From contig SMSO01000037.1 in the NCBI GenBank assembly GCA_004764695.1, positions 4,006,747-4,070,746 on the forward strand: a stretch of 64,000 bases of DNA, given 5' to 3'. Under the pieces are notes generated by a model, which had not been told where the DNA came from, made no database searches, and saw nothing but the letters and a program-made list of their open reading frames with translations. Shown here one piece after another: positions 38,124 to 49,800 of the stretch (its first letter is position 1; each line of letters begins with the position of its first letter). This DNA is from Schizochytrium sp. TIO01. Taxonomy: Eukaryota; Protista; Bigyra: Labyrinthulomycetes. The position numbers were made by a program, and so were the translations under genes.

Positions 38124-40265
38124 TTAAGACTGCTTTCTTTTTACTGTGTCCAACTCACGTCGAAGTTCAGCAATCTCCCGATCTGCAGATTGACCGAAGG
38201 CTTCCTCACTCATGTCCGTCTTGCGCTTAGCCATGCCAAAGTCGATAATGACAGGCCTTTTAGTTTCCTTATTACACAGGACATTGCGAGCCGCAACATC
38301 ACCGTGCAACACACCGAGGCTGTGGATCGCATCGAGAGCACCCACTGCCTCTTCCACAAAGTCATCCGTGATGTCTTCAGGTGACAAAGACTCACCAGCA
38401 TACTTTGTTCCAAAACCGTACATAACATGATCATCAAATATTCCATGATCGATGAACTCGGGGATATTTTTGCCTTGTAGCGATTCCAATTGCTTGTAGA
38501 TATCAGCCTCATATTCAAATGCGGAAATCTCATGTTGTTGTTTAAACATGTCCAGTACCTTCACCACATTGTCGCTCTTTTCTTCTCCTAGTTGGGGGAA
38601 ATGAAAGCGAAATACTGGTCCCGTGCGGCCTTCTGGGAGATCACTAAACTCCCCGCGACGTATTGCCTCGAGCATGTCAACCGCGCTACCATCACTTGTA
38701 CAATCGCTACCATAGCCACGCACATCTTTTTTATCTTGTGATTTCTTCGTTTCATGCTTCACGTCCCGGTCACTCCTACATGTTTCTGGTAGTGTCATAC
38801 GTCTTGGGTCATTGGGTCCTTCTGCTTCACCACCACAGGGAACCATGATCATCTCATCGATAGTTCCAATATCCATATCCGTTTTATCACCAGCGATAAG
38901 AACAGCAAGTGCAATAAGCTGCATCGTACTGATTTTTCCATTCTCAATGTCTCCAACCTGATTATATGTAACGGGTTCAGTGATGAGCAGGTTGCCATAA
39001 CAATCCCTAATGAAAACATGGGTATGCAGGTAGTTCGAGTAAATGCCAACCAAGAGACCATTCAAGTACATATAGTTATAAAGTTGTCGAATGACCGAAT
39101 GATCTTTGTGCCGTTGGGAATCGCAGCCCACACCGTCACATTCCCAATGACAGTATGCCTTACCGAGATCACTGGTTTCAAAGCCTGGACCTTTAAATTC
39201 GCCCGCGATCATCGGTTCCTGGCGGTTAGGAAGCGACGAACTAGATTCATCTCCTTGGAGACCACGACTAATCATAAAGTCCATTAGACCTCGCGGCGCA
39301 GGTTTCCTTACAGCTGAGGTGTACAGAGTCATTGAGTCAGGTAACTTTTCATTGCCAGATAGATTCATGGCCGTCATTACGTACGCCATGAAAAGTTCAA
39401 AAGGTTTTTCGACTGATTGCTCAGTTCCTAACCTACTCAAACTAGTCATGGATTCAAATGTTACCGCGATGTCGAGTGTAGTAGATATTTGATTCAGGGT
39501 GTCAATATAGTCTCGGCGGCGGCAATAACTCAAGAAGTCATTGATAGACCACGTTCTCACTTCCATGGGCGATACAGGATAGTTCTTATGGTTCGCAAGA
39601 CTTGTAGGGTTCGCGAGTAATTCATCCGTCTCCTTCAAAGTTGGCAAAGCTTGTTGAAACACCGTGTTGAGACTTTTCGGTTCGGAACCGCGGGACAGAT
39701 CAGTTCTCTTTAGCTCCTCGATTGCTGCTTCAGATTTATGGATATATCCACCAAGACTGGCAAGGCGTTGTTTATCATCACGAATGTCTTGCTCTTTCAG
39801 TTCTAAGGATTTTTCCGCTTTGAGAAGCATTTCGAACGAAGGATATAATTTAAGAATCCTAATATCTATAGCTCCTGGCAGACAACCGAAATGACTTTCA
39901 AATACTTCGTCGGTGATGCTCCTGGCATCCTCGTCCAAGAAGGCATGCAGAAACACGTAATCGTCATCTCCTAAGATTCCAATGAGTTTCTGTTCCAGTC
40001 TCTCAGTTTTTTGCGACAACTTGGCACTTTCACCCTCGAGGTACACAATTCCTCGATCCACACGCTCATACTCCTCCTTTTTTTTCTTGAGCTCAGCTCT
40101 ACCCGCCCCTAGGCTAGATTGAACAATGGTTGCCGGATTTACACTGCTCAACACTCTGCTACCTTCTCGGGTCGGGACAATCATCCGAAATACCGAAGAG
40201 GTATCTCCTTGGCGTGAACCTAGTCTACCAATGGTACTGGCAGCTCTCCTGAAACCATTGAGCAT
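38124..40265 (-). CDS. Crinkler/CR-effector-like protein: coiled coil + PD-(D/E)xK restriction-endonuclease-like domain + minimal protein kinase (713 aa from first ATG)
   Basis: Intact ORF. The track start at 40319 is TTG; the first ATG is 40265. REase motifs: GLMDF...IAGEFK...RQLYNYM...GIYSNYLHTHVF (D, ExK, QxxxY). Kinase motifs: EGRTGPV, VVKV, FEYEADIYKQLESLQGKNIP, IHSLGVLHGDVAARNVL, IIDFG. The protein ends about 35 aa after DFG. Confidence 0.88.
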   Translation of the reverse strand: MLNGFRRAASTIGRLGSRQGDTSSVFRMIVPTREGSRVLSSVNPATIVQSSLGAGRAELKKKKEEYERVDRGIVYLEGESAKLSQKTERLEQKLIGILGDDDYVFLHAFLDEDARSITDEVFESHFGCLPGAIDIRILKLYPSFEMLLKAEKSLELKEQDIRDDKQRLASLGGYIHKSEAAIEELKRTDLSRGSEPKSLNTVFQQALPTLKETDELLANPTSLANHKNYPVSPMEVRTWSINDFLSYCRRRDYIDTLNQISTTLDIAVTFESMTSLSRLGTEQSVEKPFELFMAYVMTAMNLSGNEKLPDSMTLYTSAVRKPAPRGLMDFMISRGLQGDESSSSLPNRQEPMIAGEFKGPGFETSDLGKAYCHWECDGVGCDSQRHKDHSVIRQLYNYMYLNGLLVGIYSNYLHTHVFIRDCYGNLLITEPVTYNQVGDIENGKISTMQLIALAVLIAGDKTDMDIGTIDEMIMVPCGGEAEGPNDPRRMTLPETCRSDRDVKHETKKSQDKKDVRGYGSDCTSDGSAVDMLEAIRRGEFSDLPEGRTGPVFRFHFPQLGEEKSDNVVKVLDMFKQQHEISAFEYEADIYKQLESLQGKNIPEFIDHGIFDDHVMYGFGTKYAGESLSPEDITDDFVEEAVGALDAIHSLGVLHGDVAARNVLCNKETKRPVIIDFGMAKRKTDMSEEAFGQSADREIAELRRELDTVKRKQS

Positions 40266-40765
40266 GGTGTTCAAACGATTGTTGGATCCTCGAACGATTG
40301 GGGTCTGCTGCTGCTGCAAACTAGTATGTGATGTTTGGTGTGAAGCTTCGTCTAATATTTATACATTATTTACTAACGAACCCTATACGATGTTTTTTTT
40401 TGTTTCACACACCCTTATCATCTACCTAGTATAAACTCTAAGTTATTTTTTTTGTGGTCGTGTGCACGCGCTGAAAACTTTATTTGTTATCTTACTCACT
40501 ATAGTAAATTAAAAAAAAAAATAAAAACTTCTTTGTACGTACTAATACGAAAGAAAATCCGCGAATTGAGGAACCCTCGCTCGCCAAGGACAACTTCCAC
40601 CAACTTACTGGAGAAATATCATCATTTGGAAGGCCAGAACAAAAAAATTGCACACATAAGAGATAGGTCTACGTAAAAAAACATATCTTTAAAAATGTTA
40701 AATATTTTAAAGCTAGTCTATTTTAATTTCTTAGATCACCTAGAACAATAATTGTTTCTTTCTAG

Positions 40766-41393
40766 TAGCATAGTGCACACTTCCGACGGTTGTGCTGATG
40801 ATGATGAGACGGTGTGGCCTTGGTTCCTGAATGGATGGTGTGAGAATCAGGAGTCGAACCGCATCTTTGACAAAGTTGGGATGCCCCGCCTCAAGGGCCC
40901 CGTTGGGTACCGAGGTGTTGTTCAGCTTTACCTGAATGCCACCAGCAGCCAAGATGCCTCGTTTTACCTTGCTCCCAGCTTTACTTCATTCACTGTGGAG
41001 AATGATCGTAGTATCTTAGTGACCTTTGATCGACCCGTTAGTTTTAGCAACGCCACCTTCCAGCCTTACGAGATCCCGTTTCGCTGGGCGGGAGTTACAT
41101 CAAGTGCATACTATGGTTACAACTCAGGCGGCGAGCGCATTGAATCGTCCGATGTTTTTGTTAGCGAAGATGGGTATGTATTGAATATCACGCGAACGGA
41201 CGCAGATTATTTTTCAACTGCTATGAAATCGGCCTTTTATGCACAGACAATGTTTACCTGCTGTAATAACTTTGATGACTATGGTACTTCGAGTACTGAC
41301 ACAGAAGATTTGGTTTGCCCGCCGATGAACTGCGGTCTTAATTCCCTCGAGGATCCTTACATTCCTGTTGATATGTTTCGAACTAACGCTTAG
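40766..41393 (+). CDS. Headless extracellular-type domain (~208 aa, Cys-containing, N-glycosylation sequons); 3' exon or 3' half of a gene
   Basis: Coding-like ORF with no ATG until residue 44 and no signal peptide. Preceded by the acceptor-like tgtttctttctag (AG at 40764-40765). Sequons NAT, NAT, NIT; six Cys. Confidence 0.65.
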
Positions 41394-41422
41394 GAGCGAG
41401 ATTATTGATTAATTTTTTTTTG

Positions 41423-41573
<151 letters not shown>

Positions 41574-41715
41574 CTGCGGGAAAGTGGGAGTGCGAAAAAA
41601 AAAAGGAATACATACATGTAAAAAAGACCAGCCTTTACTTGAGCACGAAAGCGACCATTATCAGTTTAATAATATTATTTTTTTTTGTTTAACATTTTAA
41701 GAAGAATAATCCATC

Positions 41716-42021
41716 ATGACTAAAGTCGGCCACCAAACAATGACCAAGCAAAAGAGTAAGAGGTACTCCTCGACTACCACCCCAGCACACCAGAAAAGTC
41801 GCAGCAGCGCACATGCGCAAGAATCGCGATGCCAGTTCACAAAATCACACTTTATGATTCTGGCCCTGATCATCTTCCTTACCATCGTCGTGGGTGTTGG
41901 TTCCTACTTGATTGTTGATTCCGTGGCGTCCATCCAGAGTGCATCCAGTGATGCTTCCTCATCATCAACTTCGAGTTCTGCATGGACAGGGGATGACGAC
42001 ACTTCAGACAGCACAGGTTGA
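41716..42021 (+). CDS. Short type II single-pass membrane protein, or the 5' half of one (101 aa)
   Basis: ATG in ccatcATG context; basic N-terminal tail; hydrophobic FMILALIIFLTIVVGVGSYLIV; Ser/Asp-rich stalk ending at ...DDDTSDSTG*. Confidence 0.65.
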   Translation: MTKVGHQTMTKQKSKRYSSTTTPAHQKSRSSAHAQESRCQFTKSHFMILALIIFLTIVVGVGSYLIVDSVASIQSASSDASSSSTSSSAWTGDDDTSDSTG

Positions 42022-43617
42022 TGAACAAAGAAGGCAAGATCCTTTTTTTTTTTTTTTCAGTATATCTTTTCTTTGAACATAAACAGCGATAAAATAAAAC
42101 TACTTCCTAGGTTCGAATGAAAGGCGCCCATCTCGCAGAATACAAACTGCGCGTTTTGACGCATAAAAGAAGCAGCAAACCCTCTGCAAGCTGGTCAGAG
42201 ACAAGGCCCCACGAGCTGGCGCGGTAGTGAGCTAGAGGGAGGCGGGTTTCATTTTAATCATCATCAGGAACATGAAGTCGAAGAAATATCTTCACCTCAT
42301 TAGAGGGAGAAGTAGGTTATTGCAAGGAGGTAGAAAACGGTAGCAAAAGTGATTTTGAGGGGTCCAAGATTGAGCACTGCCGACTACTTGGAGAAGTAAA
42401 TGAGCCGGTTTCTCCTTCACTTGCTGGACAACTTCGAGCTCGCTATAGACGAGAATGGAACTTTCCTGAAGTGTAGTTCGGTGCTTGCTGCTTGGGGAGA
42501 AGAGCAGCGCCTCGCTTGGCCTCGCCTGAAAGCTTTTTCTGAGGCAGGGCAGGCAAGTTGGCCTTGAAGAAAGGTCGAGATCGCTAGACCTTAACTAATT
42601 TACAAGAGGAAAAGCAAGTATTGTTGTTGTTGCTGTTGTTATTGTTGTTACCCTATCACAGATCCACGGCCTCATTCACTGCAGCTTACCAAGCTTGACG
42701 GCGGGCGCCATCTTTGACGAAAAACTCACTTTAGAACAGCATGGATTCTACACGACATTACGATAGCAGGTACATACTTGTAAATTGGGTTTTTTGTGCG
42801 CTGCGAGAACAGAACAGCCCTCAGAAGATGGGACAATTAGTGAATCGTGGAGGGTCCATAAGTGAGGATATTTCGCGTTGGTACCTGGGTTTCCAGCCGC
42901 TGTCAAGAATACTAGCCATACCTGAAGAGTCCAGAGGTCAACACATAATAATTCTGGACCAAACAAGAGCCAATTCAAAGCAAGGTCTGGGACTCTCTCG
43001 GGCTTGCCACAACCTGGTCGACCATAAAGTGGAGGCTTGCAGACCGAACGTGCATTCATAAAAACCGAGTCGAGGCGCTTTGTGCTGGAATATCTTGGTC
43101 TCTCAGCCAGTCAGGGGCGCACTTTTCAGATCTTATCACTAGTTTAGGGCCGCCATATTTAGTCAAGACGCTCAAAGATTGACAAAGGATGCAAAACTGC
43201 GTTGGAAGAGCAGCAAGCAAGGTCAAGGCTCAGAACCCTTGCTTGAGTTCCACTTACCTAAGTACTGGTATATTAAGATTGATCGTGAGGAGCTCCGGAG
43301 CTAGGTAAACTTTTCCAAGCAATTCCCAAGTCTGTAGCATAGTTTTAGGTGTGTTGGCTGGTCAAGTGCCCTGGACTTTTACCCTCGGAACCGGCTTTCA
43401 GCCCTTCACTTCAAGGTTTTGAATATCAATTCTAATATAGTAAATAGCAGCCCAGCCCACCTTCAGCTTCTTGATTTCGCTATCACTTGGCACATCTGAG
43501 CCAGCTCTATTGATTCGCGTACTTCCCATTTGTTCATGAGTGTAACCAAGCGGGGTTCTCTTGCTAGAGAGCTTTAAAATTAGGAGAAACAACTACCACC
43601 CATGATGCACAGATTGC

Positions 43618-44030
43618 TGAAAGTTAATACTGATTAGCGTGAGGTCGACTGTAAAGATAAAGGCAATAAGCTTGATGAAGGTTATAAGAAGGTTGATTTA
43701 AGTGTTAGCGAACTGCTGTCCTGGAGAATGGATTCCAGGGCGGATGGATTCATGTAGTAATTAGGGAGATTAAGACATCCATGAAAGTAGTTAGAGATAA
43801 TCGATGGGGTTAGGTTAGTTCAACCTCTCCAACCATCGATTCGAGTTACACCATGCTTGGATGTAGGTAATGTGTATTCACACTTCAAGTTCTTGGCTCT
43901 GGTAGCCACATGAGTCTGGCTGCCTACTCTTGCTCTATCGTAAACCTTATGATTAATGGGGTTTTACAAAGGGACACCAAGAACTCTAGCAATGTCTTGT
44001 CCACTAGTTCCTTCGATTGGAGATCTCAGC
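43618..44030. repeat. Dispersed degenerate repeat, copy B
   Basis: Direct-orientation homologue of 34839-35250. Confidence 0.85.
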
Positions 44031-44777
44031 ACAGATCTATTCAAACTGCCCACAGAGAATTCTACTGCTCGCTCCATAGACATCGCTCCGCCAAAGCAAT
44101 TTTATATTGACTTTATCTCAAGAACTCAGAACTTCTGGAGGTTAAAAACGCAAGGACATACAGATCCAGATTTTATACATTATGCTCGCTAGAGTTTTGC
44201 ATCGAGTACTTTAACAGTTCTGAGCATAACACTGTGTATTTCAGTTTACCTCTATGCTACAAAATGCTTTTCTATCTCTTTCTCGGATGCTACATGGTGA
44301 TCGTGTAGGAAAATGTTTAAGGCATCTTCCCATAAGTATAGAACTTCACTTCAGGATATCTTTGCGAAAGATACCCTTGGTTGTACAAAGCTGTCTCTTG
44401 ATAAATCTTCATGCTTCAGGTAATTTAAGTGCTGAGAATCACTTTTCTCTCTCCTTTTTATCTGACTAAGCTCGCAGAAGCTACTTTGACTGGGACTTGT
44501 ATGAACGGCGACCCAATCCGCTAAAGATGAACTGACGAAATGGAGACAATATCTTTGAGGTTTAAAGAATGCAAAAAGAAATCTTTGTAAACCTGGACTT
44601 TTGACTATGCTGCTCTTGGAAATGAGAGCTGGTCTAACTTGACTCTTGACAGCGCAAACATATATATCATAGAGACCCTACTGCCCCCTGGACTAGGACT
44701 CCAAGGCCACTAGATAACTATGTATTAACTCTTTCCCTTTTCTTAGACCTTTCTTGAAGTAATCGAAAGTATCGTGC

Positions 44778-45180
44778 TGAAAGATGATTCTAGTCAGCTC
44801 GAGGTTAACGATGGAGATGAAAATGAAGGCGAGAGGCTTGATGCAGGATCTAAGAAGGGTTAAGAAATCATGATAATATTATGTCCTTTTAACAGTTAGC
44901 GATCTGCAGTTCTTGAAATGAGATTCCAAGGCAGGCTCGTCATTTTATAAATGGAGAATAATACATAATTGACTAGGTCAGGTAAACTTATTTCTTCAAC
45001 CCGTCAATTCAGATTTCATCATACTTGATTGTTGCGAAGCTGTAGGGGCAGTTTTTGTGTATGGCTTCTCAACCACACAAGTTTGGTTGGCTTGTTCTAG
45101 TCGTTTGTAATTCCCAGTTCTTTCAATGGCACGTAAAGATTCAAGCATTGTCTTATTCACAAGTTTCTTCGATTGAAGGC
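44778..45180. repeat. Dispersed degenerate repeat, copy C (more diverged)
   Basis: tgaaagatgattctagtcagctcgaggttaac matches copy A tgaaagatgtttctggtcagcttgaggttgac; the end block agcattgtcttattcacaagtttcttcgattg matches agcaatgccttgtacactaattccttcgattg. Confidence 0.65.
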
Positions 45181-46806
45181 CTTCCCTGCTTTCATAGTCT
45201 GACAAACCTTAACTCTAAATAGCTATATCTGCACAAAAACAACCCTTAAGTTATATAACCTCCTTTATATCAGGCATACATCTTTGGATTACACAGGGAG
45301 CCATCTTCTATATAGCAAGGCAAATACAGAGCTTACAAAGTTCTCTCAAATGGTAAATTGCGACCTAGATTAAAAAAAATAAAAATCTTAAGTTGTCTAT
45401 ACCAGATATAGGGTCAAGTTTCTGTGCAGCATCCAAAGCGTGGCCAGAAATACTCACACCAAGACTTAAATTTGAACACTAATGACTTAAGGTGTCTTCT
45501 CGTACACAACTCACTCTCTTTGACGTTCTTCATTTTCTGAAGTCTCATGCGCAAGCTGGGCAGAGAAACTAGGTACACAACCTCATGAAAGTTCTCTGTT
45601 CAATTGTGAGCAACCTATTATAAAAACCTTGATTAACATTATCAGATGCATTCCAAATTTAGAAATTACTTAAAACATGCACGCTCTTTATATAATAATG
45701 TCCAGCATTGTAAGCTACCAAGTTGCTAAGTTCAACATGCCAAAAAATGAGATTGAACGTTATTGGATCTATTGCATAGAGAGCTTGAAACAAATGAGAG
45801 GGTTTAAAAGACCAATTTCGAGATTCGCAATCGATGAAAATTGTAGATATGCAATGAATACCGTGGTTCTTTTCTCGATTATCTCTATCATATTTATGTA
45901 TGAGTGCTGTTTGTTGGAAGCTGGCCTCGAAACAGATGAAAGAGTTTAATTGACAAATATGCCGAAACTCATAGCAAAAGAGAATTGTGAATATCGGAAC
46001 AAAATCCATCATCAAGTCTATTTATGAGCTCGTGCCTACAGAAATGAGTGTGACTGCCGGTTGTAAAGGTCAGAAGCGCGTTTTCGACACAAGTACACAT
46101 TTACACAAATACAAAAGAGCACGAGGGAATGCAGATAGTGGAAAGTAGAGCTGATGCTGCGGATACGCATGACAATCGAGTTATTTGAGATATCCATAAT
46201 TAGTTTGGCAAAATCTTTTCATGGTTTCGCAAACTAATAAAAAAATGTTTACCGCTAAATTTCGATATCGAGGTCACTATATCTCTAACGCACGCATGCA
46301 GACTTTCTTTAAGATCTTTCTCTTGACTGCAACTCACACTCAAGAACCTTAGCTTACATCTTTCTGGTAAACTTTGCGCTCGGGGAGATCCAGCTTCAGT
46401 AGTTAACAATTTCCTCAACATTGCCACCTTGTTACATTTTATCACGCTTCAACACCAAATGGAGCCATCTTTTAAACCAAATCCCCCCACTAGCCCAATA
46501 TCGCATCAGAAGCCTAATATTTATACGGTTTGACAGAATGAGGAAGGCTTTGTGCAACTCAGTGTAACCCAACACTTGTGCATTTTAGCGAATTTCAGTT
46601 ACAGCTAACTCTTATAAACCAACGTAACGCAGCAATAGAACGCCTGGAACATGCCGGATCATCGTTGTTGTGCAAAACAGTATTAGTAGGTACTTTTAGC
46701 TGATTGTAAGTGCAGGATTAATGTAATTCAAACCTTGGGCTAGCGCAAACCAGAACACCGCTACGTTGGACCCGCTTGGAGCGATTTCGACGTTACGTCG
46801 GCCGCG

Positions 46807-49800
46807 ATGAGCTCGCTTGACAGGTCGTCTGCAGCCGCGGGAAAGAAAAAAGCGCAGAGGCTGGGTAAGTTGTCAATCTTTCAGCAAATAGAAAAGCTTT
46901 CGCTTCACCTCGGAAAGGGCACGCACATTGCCACGTTGTGCACAACGCGCTCGAACACTTGACGTTGTGCTTCAGCTGGAGGCCTTGATATAATTCATTC
47001 ACATCCAAAGCAAATCTGGGCATCAGATGGAAAGACTAAGAATGCATGAAATGAATTGCGAAGTTTGTGAGACTTTGCAGAGATAGAAAAGATGACTGAC
47101 AAGAGCTTGGCATGCGCACTATAAACAACAACAAATAAGTGTGTTGGATTTTTCAACAACGATATCGACAATTATTATAATGACCAACAGGAAACGGGTG
47201 GTACGCTGCATACAGCGAAAAACATGGCAGACTTTACTACTTTAACACCGCCACCAATCAGCGTCAGTGGTCTGAGCCTGAGGAGCTCAAAGTTCACTTA
47301 GCCAAAGGCAAAAGGTCAGATGTTGGAGCTCTTGGAGCTACTGCTGGTACGATATCATCACCTATGCCAGCGTTCTCATCTGACGCAATGTCTGCGTCTA
47401 CTTCAACAGCTGCAGCAGCACAGGATTGGACTCAACATTGGGATGACAAACATAAACGAACATATTATTACAACGCTCGAACAGGACAAAGTGCATGGGA
47501 AAATCCGGACATTACAAAGTCGCGTAATGATGCTGTGCGTTCCAAGGTGTTTGATGATGATTTACATCGTCATAGAGCCATCGCGACCCGGTCACGACCT
47601 AATTCGATCTCTACATCGCGTGAAGAAGCACACAGTCCAAGGGCAGAGGACCTCAAATCTCCCTTGACAAGTCCTTCTTCTGAACAAGCCAAACCAATCA
47701 GGCTTGAAGTGACTGTTGACAATATAGCAGATGCTAGCTCATCTTTAGGCGACCCCAAGCACAATGAACGCTCTTTTACCGCGGTAACACGAGATCGAGA
47801 GACGTCTGAATCACCCAAATCAGCAGAAGTTTCAACTGCCAAGCGTCTTCAACAGGAGGAGGAACAGGAACAGAACCTCGAGCAGGAGACAGATGAGGCC
47901 AGGCCTGATGATTCAGAACTTCGCAATGCTGTAGCACGCGCACTTCGCTCTCAAGATGAGTCTCGCCCCTTTAGAGCTAAAAGCGACGATAGTGGGTACG
48001 ATGGTATTGATAGCGAAGTAGAAGATTCTCAGAATACCACGCGAGACTCTCAAAAATCGTTTGGTGAACATGAATTTGCTGCAAGTGGAGATGAAAGTGC
48101 GGATGACAGGATGTCCAACCACAGTGGCTCCTCTGAACAGCCAAAGCGAAGGAAAGCCACTCAAGCGCTACATCAAAACGAAAATAGTGTGGACGACGCT
48201 TCAGATGGTGAACGTGATACCAGTGACTCGGAGGAGCAGAGCTCTAGTGAGGATGTTCGTGATAATGATCAAGTTCACACAAATGATCAGCGAATGGGTG
48301 GGGAAATAAAAGCTAGGGCTCCCAACAACAGCCATAAAACAGTTTCAAACCGAGAATCTTCTGCATATGCTTCCGAGTCATCGGAAGATTCATTGTCGCA
48401 AGGTAGCTCAGATGACCAAAGTGAAATCTCTCACTTGCAGGACGAGGAAGATGCATTTGATTTGAATATAGATCATGTCGACGAAGAGCTGCATAGTACG
48501 CACGATAACAACATTGATGCATCTGATTTCAGGAAGGACGTCTCGCGATGGTTCTTTTGACTCAAGTGATAACCATGTTGATACACAGCTAAGACACTCC
48601 TTGAACGACCATGAGAAGGACGGCGTTTCGTCAATGGACACACACAAAGGGGTTTCTGATAACCGGAGACCACATTCTTCTTCTCTGGGCGGTCATGATG
48701 AGTCTGACCTAGGAAGTGATGATGAGCAGAGTGAAGTGTCGCAGCTTGAACAAGGAAATGATGATCTTGATCACCTAGACGAAACTCGTGCAAAACACTA
48801 TGAAACTGATAGAAATACATCGCAGAGTGAGGACGATATACCCATGACTACTAAGGAAAACTCTGGAAATGCGTCATTGTCTGGATCGGACCGCAGCGAT
48901 GACGGACAAAGTGAGCTTTCTAATCTTCAAGAAGAGCATCACAGTGACATCGAAGAAGAAGAAAACAACGAAACTGATAAATCTGATTTGAAGTTTGCAA
49001 AATATCAAGGTCATCGATCATCAAGTGTGAGTGAAGATGATGAGGATACACACGATTCAGAGGAAGAACATGAAGATGACTCCGAGGAAGAAAACTCGCA
49101 AGCAAAAAGGGAAGACTTACAGATCCAATCCGATAAGGAACATAGTGATGATCATCAAGTTGAAGCTACCTCGCATCAGGAAATCTCATATACTAGTGAT
49201 CTGGATAGTGAGACTTCCCATGACTCTCATGGCGAGGACGCGAATCACTCTGACGAGAATAACGAAGGTGGGGAGAACATTTATTCTAATGAAGGTGCTC
49301 GTACCTCCTCAAATGTCATGGTGGAGAATTCTAGTTTAGGAAATGACTCTGAAATATCTGGTGACAGTATTGCTGGAGCAGATTTGCAAGACGAGCTTGC
49401 CAGTGACGATGGTGCTAGTAACAACGAGGAAGCATCAATTCACAATAATGATGATGTCAACCAAGCTGAGGAGTTTGATCTAACGATACAAAAAGAAGTT
49501 GACGCTGAAGAGGACGAACTGAGTGTTGAAGTGGATGGTTCGAGTGTATCAGACCACCATTCTCAGTACTCCCGAGACAACATTGTGAAGCAAAGTGCGG
49601 AAGAGGACTTGGAGGTGAATGTGTCAAGTTTGCCCGATGACCTGTCTCAGGAACTAGACTCTTCTCTAGATCATTTGGACGACGACAACAACACTGCAGG
49701 ATACGTTGCCGAAATAAAAGGCGGTGTTGCTCGTGCAAGGTCTTCATCCAATCAGTCACACAAGAGTGACGCATCTAGTCTGGGTAGAGACGTTGATGAG

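Noticed and set aside
42017-42060. 44-nt cis intron extending the membrane ORF
   Set aside because: Splicing adds only about ten codons of AT-rich sequence before TAA and supplies no ectodomain.
47092-47198. Alternative WW-gene starts at ATG 47092 or 47180
   Set aside because: Neither joins WW1 in frame through a consensus splice site; the 46807 exon with a perfect donor does.
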